From Escherichia phage Phi1: DNA of 64,000 bases. The stretch's first letter is position 1; each line of letters begins with the position of its first letter. The notes beneath the pieces were generated by a model that saw only the letters and a list, made by a program, of their open reading frames with translations, searched no databases and had not been told where the DNA came from. Positions 20,991 to 32,934 of this stretch are shown here, piece by piece. Position numbers and translations under genes: made by a program. The stretch lies in the sequence record EF437941, one strand, 5' to 3'.

Positions 20991-21824
20991 ATGTTCGGTT
21001 GGCACTATAATTCGTCAATTAGACGGTATATTGTATTGCTGGGTAATTTATTCTCCGGCGTACAAATTAAAAGGGTGCGTAGCGACGGTGAGCGTTTTAT
21101 TAAAGTTCCTATCACCTACGCAAAGAAAGAAAAATTCATGATGAGTCTGGACAAATATAACAATATCTCAAGTGAGGAAGATGTAGCAAAGGTAGAAACT
21201 ATTTTACCGCGTATGTGTCTTTCTTTGATTGATATGACATACGCCCAGAACTTTAAAACAAATATTGCAAATAAGACAGTACCAAAATATACGGCTGATG
21301 GAATCAGGAGTGTGACACAATATAATCCTGTACCATATAAGTTTACCTTCGAGTTAGGGATTTATACGCGTAACGAAGATGATATGTTTCAGATAATTGA
21401 ACAGATTCTTCCTTACTTCCAGCCTCATTTTAACTGTAAGATTAAAGAACTACACGGTAATGATGTATGGATTGATCGAGATATTCAGGTCACAATTAGT
21501 TCTATTACTCCAGATGAACAGGTAGGCGAAGATAAGTTTTCTCGTCGTCGTCTTGAGTGGACCATTATGTTCGAATTTATCGGCTTTATATATCCTCCAG
21601 CTACCGACGTTAAGGGGGAAATTAGAACGATTTATCTTGATTTTCATGCCAATTCTCGTGAATTGAATCCTAGCGGTAATTTTGAATCAGTGGATCACGA
21701 GGTCGTTAAACGTGACGTCGAGCAAGAAGATTGGGACGGAACTATCAAAGAATCATATTCTAGTGATATTCCAATACCAGTTGCACCGACTCCACCGGGT
21801 CCACGTATTGTAAGAGAATTTTAA
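20991..21824 (+). CDS. 15: tail sheath stabiliser / tail completion protein gp15
   Basis: Start moved from the TTG in the ORF track to ATG at 20991 (RBS AAGGGGG); N-terminus MFGWHYNSSIRRY resembles T4 gp15. Confidence 0.85.
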   Translation: MFGWHYNSSIRRYIVLLGNLFSGVQIKRVRSDGERFIKVPITYAKKEKFMMSLDKYNNISSEEDVAKVETILPRMCLSLIDMTYAQNFKTNIANKTVPKYTADGIRSVTQYNPVPYKFTFELGIYTRNEDDMFQIIEQILPYFQPHFNCKIKELHGNDVWIDRDIQVTISSITPDEQVGEDKFSRRRLEWTIMFEFIGFIYPPATDVKGEIRTIYLDFHANSRELNPSGNFESVDHEVVKRDVEQEDWDGTIKESYSSDIPIPVAPTPPGPRIVREF

Positions 21825-21837
21825 GAGGTAATTTATT

Positions 21838-24158
<2,321 letters not shown>

Positions 24159-24189
24159 CGATAATGCATAAAAAGATGAGGAAATTCTA

Positions 24190-26190
24190 ATGACTCTATT
24201 ATCACCGGGTTTCGAAACGAAAGAAACTACTCTCTCCACTACCATTGTGCAATCTGCGACTGGTCGCGCGGCACTGGTAGGTAAATTCCAATGGGGTCCA
24301 GCTTTCCAGATTATTCAAGTAACTAATGAAGTTGAATTAGTTAATAAATTTGGTCAGCCGGATAATAACACCGCAGACTATTTCATGAGCGGGGCTAACT
24401 TCCTCCAGTACGGTAATGATCTGCGTGTTGTTCGTGTATTGAATAAAGAAAAAGCGAAAAACGCAACCGCACTGGCTGGTAACATCGAGTTTGAAATCAC
24501 AAACGAAGGTTCAAACTATGAAGTAGGCGATACCATCAAGATTAAACATAACCGTCAAGATATTGAAACGGCGGGTAAAGTAACTAAAGTTGATGGTGAT
24601 GGTAAAGTTAAGGGCGTATTTATCCCAACTGGTAAAATTATCGCTCACGCTAAAGCAATCGGTGTATATCCAGAACTTGATGGCGATTGGACGGCAGAGT
24701 TCACTTCTTCGTCGGGTAACGGTAGTGCGGCGCTGTCAGTAACGAAAATTGTTACTGATTCCGGTCTTCTGTTAACGGATCTGGAAACTTCCCGCGCCAA
24801 TATCACAAATCAAACTTTCTTGACTAAACTCCAGAAGTATGATATGCCAGCGGTAAGCGCGATCTATGCTGGTGAGATTGGCAACTCGCTGGAAGTTGAA
24901 ATTCTGGCACGTAGTGCGTTTAAGAACACTGCACCAGATCTGACCATGTATCCTTATGGTGGCGAGCGCACCGCAGCACGCAACCTGATTCCATATGCAC
25001 CGCAGAATGATAATCAATATGCATTTATTGTTCGTCGCGATGGTGTTGTGGTAGAATCCTATGTACTGTCTACTCTGAAAGGGGATAAAGACGTATATGG
25101 CAATTCTATCTACATGGACGACTTCTTTGGTCGTGGTTCTAGCCAGTACATCTATGCAACCGCTCAAGGGTGGGTAGATGGTTTCAGTGGTATTATCTCT
25201 CTTGCCGGTGGTGTTTCTGCTAACGAAGCAACGACTGGTGGAGTTGGTGCTGATCCGTTCATCGGTGCGATGATGCAAGGTTGGGGTCTGTTTGCTGAAC
25301 GAGAATCTATTCACGTAAACCTGTTGATCGCTGGTGCATGTGCTGGCGAAGGCGATGCGTTCTCTACCGTACAGAAACATGCTGTTTCCATCGGTGATGA
25401 GCGTCAGGATTGCTTAGTAATGGTTTCTCCGCCACGTAGCACTGTTGTTAATATTCCGGTGACTACTGCAATTGATAACCTGATTGCATGGCGCGAAGGT
25501 TCAGGAAACTATAATGAAAACAACATGAACATTAATACCACTTACGCGGTTATTGATGGTAACTACAAATATCAGTATGACAAATACAACGACGTAAACC
25601 GTTGGGTTCCGTTGGCTGCTGATATTGCTGGTTTGTGCGCTCGTACTGATGCTGTATCCCAGCCGTGGATGAGTCCGGCAGGTTATAACCGTGGTCAGAT
25701 CATGAACGTGGTTAAACTGGCAATTGAGCCTCGCAAGGCGCACCGCGATCGTCTGTATCAGGCTGCAATTAACCCGGTGATCGGTGCTGGTGGTGAAGGG
25801 TTTATCCTGATGGGTGATAAAACCGCTACGACTGTTCCTAGCCCGTTTGACCGCATTAACGTCCGTCGTCTGTTTAACATGCTGAAAAAGAATATCGGTG
25901 ATTCAAGCAAATACAAACTGTTTGAAAACAACGATAACTTTACTCGCGCTTCCTTCCGTATGGAGGTTTCGCAATATCTCAGCACGATTCGCTCTCTGGG
26001 TGGCATTTATGACTTCCGAGTACAATGCGACACCACGAATAACACGCCGGATGTAATTGATCGTAACGAATTTGTTGCTAGTATGTTCATCAAACCAGCA
26101 AAATCGATCAACTATATCATGCTCAATTTCACTGCTGTTGCAACTGGTTCTGATTTTGACGAAATTATCGGTCCAGTTAACCAGGCATAA
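24190..26190 (+). CDS. 18: tail sheath protein gp18
   Basis: 666 aa (T4 gp18 about 659 aa); synteny. Confidence 0.9.
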   Translation: MTLLSPGFETKETTLSTTIVQSATGRAALVGKFQWGPAFQIIQVTNEVELVNKFGQPDNNTADYFMSGANFLQYGNDLRVVRVLNKEKAKNATALAGNIEFEITNEGSNYEVGDTIKIKHNRQDIETAGKVTKVDGDGKVKGVFIPTGKIIAHAKAIGVYPELDGDWTAEFTSSSGNGSAALSVTKIVTDSGLLLTDLETSRANITNQTFLTKLQKYDMPAVSAIYAGEIGNSLEVEILARSAFKNTAPDLTMYPYGGERTAARNLIPYAPQNDNQYAFIVRRDGVVVESYVLSTLKGDKDVYGNSIYMDDFFGRGSSQYIYATAQGWVDGFSGIISLAGGVSANEATTGGVGADPFIGAMMQGWGLFAERESIHVNLLIAGACAGEGDAFSTVQKHAVSIGDERQDCLVMVSPPRSTVVNIPVTTAIDNLIAWREGSGNYNENNMNINTTYAVIDGNYKYQYDKYNDVNRWVPLAADIAGLCARTDAVSQPWMSPAGYNRGQIMNVVKLAIEPRKAHRDRLYQAAINPVIGAGGEGFILMGDKTATTVPSPFDRINVRRLFNMLKKNIGDSSKYKLFENNDNFTRASFRMEVSQYLSTIRSLGGIYDFRVQCDTTNNTPDVIDRNEFVASMFIKPAKSINYIMLNFTAVATGSDFDEIIGPVNQA

Positions 26191-26224
26191 TCAGTAAATT
26201 AGCATAGATTAAAAGTTAAATCAA

Positions 26225-26250
26225 GCGGGGAGAAAATCCCCGCTCTATTA
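26225..26250 (+). terminator. hairpin (putative terminator / RNA stability element) after gene 18
   Basis: GCGGGGA-GAAAA-TCCCCGC stem-loop, weak T-run. Confidence 0.4.
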
Positions 26251-26263
26251 AGGAATATCAATT

Positions 26264-26758
26264 ATGGCACTCGATTTGAATGATATTACACGCGGTTTCG
26301 AGTCTGGCGATTTTGCTCGTCCTAACCTGTTTGAAGTTGAGATCCCGTATCTGGGGCAAAACTTTAAGCTGATGTGTAAGGCTGCGACTGTCCCGGCTGC
26401 TACCGTAGAAAAAATTGCTATAGGCTATCAAAACCGTAAAATTAACATCGCTGGCGACCGTGTATACGACGACTGGACCATCACTGTATTCAACGATGAC
26501 GCACACAAGATCCGTGATGCTATCGTTGCATGGAGCGATCAGACACACGGCACTGGTTCGGCGATCACTGGTGCAACTCCTGCACAATATAAGAAACAAG
26601 CTATTGTTCGTCAACTTAACCGTAACACCGAATCAACTAGCGAAAAAACATTGTACGGTATTTTCCCTACCAACGTTGGTGAAGTAACCCTCGATTGGGA
26701 ACAAAACAACGAAGTTGAAACGTTTGAAGTTACTTTTGCTATCGATTGGGTAGAATAA
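26264..26758 (+). CDS. 19: tail tube protein gp19
   Basis: 164 aa (T4 gp19 163 aa); synteny. Confidence 0.9.
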   Translation: MALDLNDITRGFESGDFARPNLFEVEIPYLGQNFKLMCKAATVPAATVEKIAIGYQNRKINIAGDRVYDDWTITVFNDDAHKIRDAIVAWSDQTHGTGSAITGATPAQYKKQAIVRQLNRNTESTSEKTLYGIFPTNVGEVTLDWEQNNEVETFEVTFAIDWVE

Positions 26759-26770
26759 ATATATTATCAT

Positions 26771-26789
26771 GCGGGGAGAAGTTCCCCGC
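26771..26789 (+). terminator. hairpin after gene 19 (same family as the one after gene 18)
   Basis: GCGGGGAG-AAGT-TCCCCGC stem-loop; no clear T-run. Confidence 0.35.
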
Positions 26790-26816
26790 CTAATTTCTCC
26801 CAATTCGAGGTGAATA

Positions 26817-28382
26817 ATGTTTAGTAGATTAAAAATGCTTGCGCGTTGGGCTGATTTTGACAACGACAAATACGAAGAACAAATTAAAGATAAAGCAGAG
26901 TCTATCGCCGCACCTAAAAACAATGATGGTGCTACGGAAGTAGAAATTAATGATAATTTACCTGCTAGCGCGTGGAACTCTCTTACCCAGCAATTTTACA
27001 GCACCGACCAGAAAATCAGCACAACTAAGCAATTAGTTAACACATATCGCGGTTTGATGAATAACCATGAAGTCGAAAACGCTGTACAAAATATCGTTAA
27101 CGATGCGATTGTATTTGAAGAAGGTCATGAAGTTGTTTCATTAAATCTTGAGGCGACTGGCTTTAGTGAATCTGTAAAAGAGCGCATTCATGAAGAATTT
27201 AAAGATCTTTTAAACACTATCCAGTTTGATAGGCGCGGTCAGGATATGTTCCGTCGCTGGTATGTAGATTCGCGTATTTTCTTCCATAAGATCATCGGTA
27301 AAAATCCAAAAGATGGTATCGTAGAATTACGCCAGCTTGACCCACGTAATCTTGAATATGTTCGCGAGATCATTACAGAAGACACACCGGAAGGTAAAAT
27401 TTATAAAGCAACGAAAGAATATTTCATTTACACTGTAGGCAATAGCTCTTATTGCGCAGGTGGTCAAGTATTCTCTCCTAATAGTCGCGTTAAAATCCCG
27501 CGTAGTGCTATTACATACGCTCACAGCGGCTTGATGGATTGTGATGATAAATATATCATTGGTTATTTGCATCGGGCTGTTAAGCCAGCAAACCAGCTTA
27601 AATTGTTGGAAGACGCAATGGTCGTTTATCGTATCACGCGTGCACCGGAACGCCGAGTGTTCTTTATTGATACCGGAAACATGAACAACCGCAAGGCTGC
27701 ACAGCACATGAACTCAGTGGCACAGTCTTTTAAAAACCGCGTTGTTTATGATGCATCGACTGGTAAACTTAAAAACCAGCAAGCAAATCTATCAATGACA
27801 GAGGACTACTGGTTACAGCGTCGAGATGGTAAAGCAATCACCGACGTTACTACTTTACCCGGTGCATCCGGTATGAGTGATATCGATGATATTCGCTACT
27901 TTAACCGTAAATTGTATGAAGCGTTGCGTGTACCATTGTCACGCAGTAATCTCTCCGATGCTAATATGGTGATCGGTGGTGACGGTTCAGAAATTACTCG
28001 CGATGAGTTGGAATTTTCGAAATTCATTAGAACTCGGCAATCACAGTTTTCGGAAGTATTGCGCGATCCTCTGAAATATAATCTGATTCTCAAAAATGTA
28101 ATTACGGAAGATGATTGGGATCGTGAAATAAATAATATCAAGGTGGTTTTCCATCGGGACTCTTACTATACAGAAGTTAAAGACGCGGAAATTTTAGAAC
28201 GTCGAATCGGTCTAATCGAACGTATTACACCTTACATTGGTAAATATTTCTCTAACCAGACAGTGATGCGTGACATTCTGAAATATACCGATGACCAGAT
28301 GGACACCGAGAAGAAACAGATCGAAGAAGAAGCGAACGATCCGCGCTTTAAACAAACTCCCGATGAAATAGAGGATTTTTAA
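26817..28382 (+). CDS. 20: portal vertex protein gp20
   Basis: 521 aa (T4 gp20 about 524 aa); synteny. Confidence 0.9.
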   Translation: MFSRLKMLARWADFDNDKYEEQIKDKAESIAAPKNNDGATEVEINDNLPASAWNSLTQQFYSTDQKISTTKQLVNTYRGLMNNHEVENAVQNIVNDAIVFEEGHEVVSLNLEATGFSESVKERIHEEFKDLLNTIQFDRRGQDMFRRWYVDSRIFFHKIIGKNPKDGIVELRQLDPRNLEYVREIITEDTPEGKIYKATKEYFIYTVGNSSYCAGGQVFSPNSRVKIPRSAITYAHSGLMDCDDKYIIGYLHRAVKPANQLKLLEDAMVVYRITRAPERRVFFIDTGNMNNRKAAQHMNSVAQSFKNRVVYDASTGKLKNQQANLSMTEDYWLQRRDGKAITDVTTLPGASGMSDIDDIRYFNRKLYEALRVPLSRSNLSDANMVIGGDGSEITRDELEFSKFIRTRQSQFSEVLRDPLKYNLILKNVITEDDWDREINNIKVVFHRDSYYTEVKDAEILERRIGLIERITPYIGKYFSNQTVMRDILKYTDDQMDTEKKQIEEEANDPRFKQTPDEIEDF

Positions 28383-28622
28383 ATGAAACAATTTATCGAA
28401 GCAATTAAAACTCGCGATCTAACGCTGATCGAAAAAGAATTTGATAAGATCATGGAGGCTAAAAAAGCCCAGATCATCGAATCTCAGCGTGTCGAAATCG
28501 CATCCAGTATCATGATCGAAGGTGAAGAAGAAAAAGACCGCGATGATGAAGATATGGAAGATGAGGACGACGAAGACGAAGATCGCAAAGACGATAAAAA
28601 AGACAAAGAAGACGACGAATAA
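28383..28622 (+). CDS. 67: prohead core protein gp67
   Basis: 79 aa with strongly acidic C-terminus (DEDMEDEDDEDEDRKDD); position 20-67-68-21. Confidence 0.7.
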   Translation: MKQFIEAIKTRDLTLIEKEFDKIMEAKKAQIIESQRVEIASSIMIEGEEEKDRDDEDMEDEDDEDEDRKDDKKDKEDDE

Positions 28623-28634
28623 TAGGAAGCCAAC

Positions 28635-29042
28635 ATGATTAAAGATTTTACTCCTAAAGCTGACTTAGAAACTTTTCTGCCGGAAGCACAGGAAAAATTG
28701 GACATGTTGGCTATGTTTGAGTCAGAAGAACTATTGAAAATCGTTGAAGGTATCTCCGAGGATGAGCCGGAACTGGCGGTAGCAATGCTGTCTATCATCG
28801 ACGGAATTACTGTAAATGAAGCAATGGTTAAACATGTAAACGCACGCGGGGAAGTTGCACGTAAGAAAGATCGCAAAACCCGTGAGCGTAATGCTTACAT
28901 GACTACTGGCCTAAGCAAAGCTAAACGCCGTCAAATTGCCCGTCGTGCTGCAAAAACCAAACGTGCAAATCCATCTATCGAACGTCATGCGGAACGTAAG
29001 CGCAAAAAAGCAATGCGTAAACGTAAGGCGTTAGGATTATAA
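28635..29042 (+). CDS. 68: prohead core protein gp68
   Basis: 135 aa, basic C-terminus; synteny. Confidence 0.7.
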   Translation: MIKDFTPKADLETFLPEAQEKLDMLAMFESEELLKIVEGISEDEPELAVAMLSIIDGITVNEAMVKHVNARGEVARKKDRKTRERNAYMTTGLSKAKRRQIARRAAKTKRANPSIERHAERKRKKAMRKRKALGL

Positions 29043-29053
29043 CAGGAAACAAC

Positions 29054-29749
29054 ATGGAAAAGAACGAATTACTGATCGAACAATGGGGCGTTCCTTGTGC
29101 TCGCGGTAGTTCGTCATTGCTTGAATCATTTGATGATAAGGCTACAGGAAATCTCTATATTCAAGGGATTTTCCTGCAAGCCGAAACAGTAAACCGTAAT
29201 AAACGCTGGTATCCTCGCAGTGTTCTAGAAAATGCGGTTACTAAATACATACATGAACAAGTTGAGACACATCAAGCTCTAGGCGAACTTAATCACCCAG
29301 CAAGAGCAATGCCAGATCCATCTAATGCTTGCATCATAATTGAAAAATTATGGTGGGAAGGTAATAACGTGATGGGTAAAGCCCGTGTTATTGAAGGGGA
29401 TAAAGGCGCAGGTGATAAACTTGCTGCACTGATTCGCGCTGGCTGGATTCCTGGCGTTTCATCCCGTGGATTGGGTCGTTTGAAAGACTCAGGTCGCGGA
29501 TACAATATTGTACAGGAAGGTTTTGTGTTGACGGTTGGTGTTGATGTTGTATGGGGTCCGAGCGCACCAGATGCGTGGGTAACTCCGGTGGTTGAGTCAA
29601 CGGATAGCGATTCTAGCGCGTCAGACGCACCAGAAAGCGATAAAACCGAAAAAGTGACTAACCCTACAGCCTCACAACAAAACATCGTAGAATCGAATAA
29701 TAGCGCGTTTATGGCGCTCGCAGAAGCGTTATCTAAACGCTATAAATAA
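29054..29749 (+). CDS. 21: prohead core scaffold protein and protease gp21
   Basis: 231 aa; synteny between 68 and 22. Confidence 0.8.
   Translation: MEKNELLIEQWGVPCARGSSSLLESFDDKATGNLYIQGIFLQAETVNRNKRWYPRSVLENAVTKYIHEQVETHQALGELNHPARAMPDPSNACIIIEKLWWEGNNVMGKARVIEGDKGAGDKLAALIRAGWIPGVSSRGLGRLKDSGRGYNIVQEGFVLTVGVDVVWGPSAPDAWVTPVVESTDSDSSASDAPESDKTEKVTNPTASQQNIVESNNSAFMALAEALSKRYK
29741..29748 (+). promoter_or_regulatory. late promoter TATAAATA upstream of gene 22
   Basis: Exact TATAAATA overlapping the gene 21 stop. Confidence 0.55.
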
Positions 29750-29780
29750 TAACGTCGTTATCAACAAGAAGGTTATAACC

Positions 29781-30575
29781 ATGCTTAAAGAAATGCTGCT
29801 CGAAGAAGCAAAACAGATCACCGTAGACGTTGCTCTCGATGACCTGTTTGAATCCGTCGAACTGTCGCCGGAAGTAAAAGAAAATTTTGGTACTATCTAC
29901 GCTCAGGCGGTAAAAGCTAATGCTGTTGCTCTGGCAGAAAGCCACATTGAAAAAATCGCCGCTAAAGCCGATGAACTGGTAGAATCAAAGGTCGAAGAAG
30001 CACGCACCGAGATTGAAACCAAACTGTACGAAGATGCAGATAAATTCCTGAATCACTTAGGCGCTAAATGGCTGGCAGAAAATAAAGAAGCCGTTACCCG
30101 TAATATTAAAGCGGATCTGTGCGAATCCCTGATTGGTTCTCTGAAAGATGTTTTCGTTACTCACAATGTTGTAGTACCGGAAGAATCTGTAGACGTTGTT
30201 GCTGAACTTGACGAAGCACTCAAAGAAGAAAAAGAAAAAACCTCTGAACTCTTTGATGCCAAACTGCAACTTGAAAGCGAAATTCGTGGCATGAAGCGCG
30301 AACAAGCGATCAATGAAAGCACTCGTGATCTTTCCGATACTCAGAAAGAAAAAGTAACCGCGCTGATTGAAGGTCTGGAATATAGCGAAACTTTCGATAA
30401 GAAATTAACTGCAATTGTCGAAATGGTTGCTAAGAAAGAAGACAAACAAGCGAAGATTGAAGAATCACTAAATACTGATGCCGACAAGCTGAATGTTATT
30501 GCAGAAAATGTCGAAAAATCAGATAAAAAGGCAACTGTAGATTCCGGCGTATCCCGCTACCTGAATTTCATCTAA
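29781..30575 (+). CDS. 22: prohead core scaffold protein gp22
   Basis: 264 aa, acidic coiled-coil-like composition; synteny. Confidence 0.8.
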   Translation: MLKEMLLEEAKQITVDVALDDLFESVELSPEVKENFGTIYAQAVKANAVALAESHIEKIAAKADELVESKVEEARTEIETKLYEDADKFLNHLGAKWLAENKEAVTRNIKADLCESLIGSLKDVFVTHNVVVPEESVDVVAELDEALKEEKEKTSELFDAKLQLESEIRGMKREQAINESTRDLSDTQKEKVTALIEGLEYSETFDKKLTAIVEMVAKKEDKQAKIEESLNTDADKLNVIAENVEKSDKKATVDSGVSRYLNFI

Positions 30576-30593
30576 TGTAATTCAAATCTACTT

Positions 30594-30601
30594 TATAAAT
30601 A
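30594..30601 (+). promoter_or_regulatory. late promoter TATAAATA upstream of gene 23
   Basis: Exact TATAAATA 33 nt upstream of the gene 23 ATG. Confidence 0.65.
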
Positions 30602-30634
30602 CTTTAGGTTAACAACAAACAAGGTTTAAAGAAC

Positions 30635-32221
30635 ATGAAAACTACCAAAGAACTGATGGAAAAATGGTCCCCGCTGCTGGAGAACGAAAAACTGCCGGAA
30701 ATCGCAACTGCGTCTAAGCAGAAACTGGTTGCTAAAATTCTGGAATCTCAGGAAGCGGATTTTGCTGTAGACCCGATCTATAAGGATGAAAAAGTTGTTG
30801 AAGCATTCGGTGGCTTTATCGCAGAAGCCGAAGTTGCTGGCGACCACGGTTATGACGCATCTCAGATCGCGGCTGGTCAGACTACCGGTGCAATCACCAA
30901 CGTAGGTCCGGCTGTTATCGGTATGGTTCGCCGTGCTATCCCTAACCTGATCGCATTTGATATTTGTGGTGTTCAGCCGATGAGCACTCCGACTAGCCAG
31001 ATCTTTGCAATCCGTTCTGTATACGGTCCTAACCCGCTGGCGTCTCAGGCTAAAGAAGCATTCCATCCGATGTATGCACCTGATGCGTTCCATAGCTCTC
31101 TTGCTGCTAAAGGTGCAGCTGTAGGTTCTCCGACCGGGACTCCGTTTGCTAAACTGGCAATCGGTACTCAGATTGAAGCGGGTGATATTGTACATCACAC
31201 CTTCGCAGAAACTGGCATTGCGTATCTGCAAAACGTTACCGCAGAACAAGTAACCCCGACCAAAGCTGGCAGCGAGTCCGAAGATGAAGTTGTCATGAAG
31301 CTGATGGAAGAAGGTAAACTGGCTGAAATCGCTTTCGGTATGGCGACTTCCATTGCCGAAATTCAGGAAGGCTTTAACGGTTCCAGCAATAACCCGTGGG
31401 CTGAAATGTCAATGCGTATTGACAAACAGGTTGTTGAAGCGAAATCTCGCCAACTGAAAGCCCGTTACTCTATCGAAGTTGCGCAGGATCTGCGTGCTGT
31501 ACACGGTATGGATGCTGACGCTGAACTGAATGCTATCCTGGCTAACGAAGTTCTGCTTGAAATCAACCGTGAAATCGTTGACGTCATCAACTTTACCGCT
31601 CAGGTTGGTAAGACTGGTATGACTCAGACCGTTGGTTCTAAAGCTGGTGTATTTGACCTGCAAGACCCGATCGATACTCGCGGTGCTCGTTGGGCTGGTG
31701 AATCCTTCAAATCTCTGATCTACCAGATCGACAAAGAAGCTGCTGAAATCGCTCGTCAGACTGGTCGCGGTGCTGGTAACTTTGTTATCGCTTCCCGTAA
31801 CGTTGTAAACATTCTTGCTTCTGCTGATCAGGGTATCAGTCTTGCTATGCAGGGTGCTGCAAAAGGTCTGAATACCGACACCACTAAAGCTGTGTTCGCT
31901 GGTGTTCTGGCTGGTAAGTACAAAGTGTTCATCGACCAGTATGCTCGTCAAGACTACTTCACCGTAGGTTACAAAGGCGACAACGAAATGGATGCTGGTA
32001 TCTACTATGCTCCGTATGTTGCTCTGACTCCGCTGCGTGCAACTGACCCGCAGTCTTTCCACCCGGTTCTGGGCTTCAAGACTCGCTATGGCATCGGTAT
32101 TAACCCGTTTGCAGACAGCAAATCCCAGGCACCGTCCGCTCGCATCACCTCCGGTATGTTGAGCAAAGACAGCGTAGGTAAAAACGCATACTTCCGTCGT
32201 GTATGGGTTAAAGGTTGCTAA
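30635..32221 (+). CDS. 23: major capsid protein gp23
   Basis: 528 aa; codon usage typical of a highly expressed gene; synteny. Confidence 0.95.
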   Translation: MKTTKELMEKWSPLLENEKLPEIATASKQKLVAKILESQEADFAVDPIYKDEKVVEAFGGFIAEAEVAGDHGYDASQIAAGQTTGAITNVGPAVIGMVRRAIPNLIAFDICGVQPMSTPTSQIFAIRSVYGPNPLASQAKEAFHPMYAPDAFHSSLAAKGAAVGSPTGTPFAKLAIGTQIEAGDIVHHTFAETGIAYLQNVTAEQVTPTKAGSESEDEVVMKLMEEGKLAEIAFGMATSIAEIQEGFNGSSNNPWAEMSMRIDKQVVEAKSRQLKARYSIEVAQDLRAVHGMDADAELNAILANEVLLEINREIVDVINFTAQVGKTGMTQTVGSKAGVFDLQDPIDTRGARWAGESFKSLIYQIDKEAAEIARQTGRGAGNFVIASRNVVNILASADQGISLAMQGAAKGLNTDTTKAVFAGVLAGKYKVFIDQYARQDYFTVGYKGDNEMDAGIYYAPYVALTPLRATDPQSFHPVLGFKTRYGIGINPFADSKSQAPSARITSGMLSKDSVGKNAYFRRVWVKGC

Positions 32222-32305
32222 TATAAGACATTCCTGAAAACTCCGGTCGGGTGCAATACCCGACTTATCATAAACCTTATGACAGTGTAAAGTGTTAATT
32301 CCAAA

Positions 32306-32335
32306 GGGAAGACTCGAAAGGGTCTTCCCTTTTTG
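32306..32335 (+). terminator. rho-independent terminator downstream of gene 23
   Basis: Hairpin GGGAAGAC-TCGAAAG-GTCTTCCC followed by TTTTT. Confidence 0.7.
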
Positions 32336-32350
32336 CGTATTATATCCCGT

Positions 32351-32358
32351 TATAAATA
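32351..32358 (+). promoter_or_regulatory. late promoter TATAAATA in the 23-24 intergenic region
   Basis: Exact TATAAATA. Confidence 0.45.
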
Positions 32359-32528
32359 AGGTTGCAAGCCTATATTCTACTGGGAGCGAAAATAGATACA
32401 CACAACAAAGACAGGAAGATGCAGAACATCGGTGGCTATGATATGTGTGATTGCTTTTGATGCTGGATTTATTAAAACACAACAAACAATTTCACCAATT
32501 TTCGTAGTAACTGCATGGCAAAGGACCA

Positions 32529-32666
32529 ATGAATGAAATGAGCGTTCATGTTGATATTGGGTCGGATAGATTTGGTAGATATACAGATCTGGTGTATGTC
32601 GACCTTGTTATGGCATTCCAGCGTGACGCTAGCGGTAATTTTTGGTTTTGGTACGCTGTTCCCTGA
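32529..32666 (+). CDS. small hypothetical ORF (45 aa)
   Basis: ATG-initiated 45-codon ORF with weak RBS in the 23-24 intergenic region; could be non-coding. Confidence 0.2.
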   Translation: MNEMSVHVDIGSDRFGRYTDLVYVDLVMAFQRDASGNFWFWYAVP

Positions 32667-32698
32667 ATTAACCCAAAATTCTCCATAAGGAGGAATGC

Positions 32699-32851
32699 AT
32701 GAGTAAGAAAGAAAACAGCTATGTTATGACTCGTAAGGAATACAACGAATTGATGTTAGCATTAGCTTATGCAATTATTCGTTCTGATCATGCAATTAAT
32801 ATGGTAAACAAAGTTAACCGTAGCGTTGATAATGTTTCTAGGAAGAAGTAA
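32699..32851 (+). CDS. small hypothetical protein (50 aa)
   Basis: ATG with strong RBS AAGGAGGA; followed by a hairpin terminator; below the ORF-track length cut-off. Confidence 0.4.
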   Translation: MSKKENSYVMTRKEYNELMLALAYAIIRSDHAINMVNKVNRSVDNVSRKK

Positions 32852-32860
32852 GTTTATTTT

Positions 32861-32888
32861 GGAATCCTTCGGATTCCTTTTTCTTTTT
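32861..32888 (+). terminator. rho-independent terminator
   Basis: Hairpin GGAATCC-TTC-GGATTCC followed by a T-rich run. Confidence 0.6.
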
Positions 32889-32889
32889 G

Positions 32890-32897
32890 TATAAATA
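32890..32897 (+). promoter_or_regulatory. late promoter TATAAATA upstream of gene 24
   Basis: Exact TATAAATA 37 nt upstream of the proposed gene 24 ATG. Confidence 0.6.
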
Positions 32898-32934
32898 TGA
32901 TATATCCATTAAGGCAAATACAGGATTCATAAAC

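Noticed and set aside
24772-25380. 202-aa - strand ORF inside gene 18, and similar internal or antisense track ORFs (for example 2175..2360, 5223..5504, 38102..38524, 51271..51873, 53310..53549, 58339..58782)
   Set aside because: Embedded in or antisense to genes with strong synteny and motif support; no independent start signals.
31409-32485. 358-aa - strand ORF antisense to gene 23, plus a 207-aa - strand ORF at 30626..31249
   Set aside because: Both lie entirely antisense within the major capsid gene, which is well supported. They have no RBS and a composition typical of the reverse frame of a highly expressed gene.
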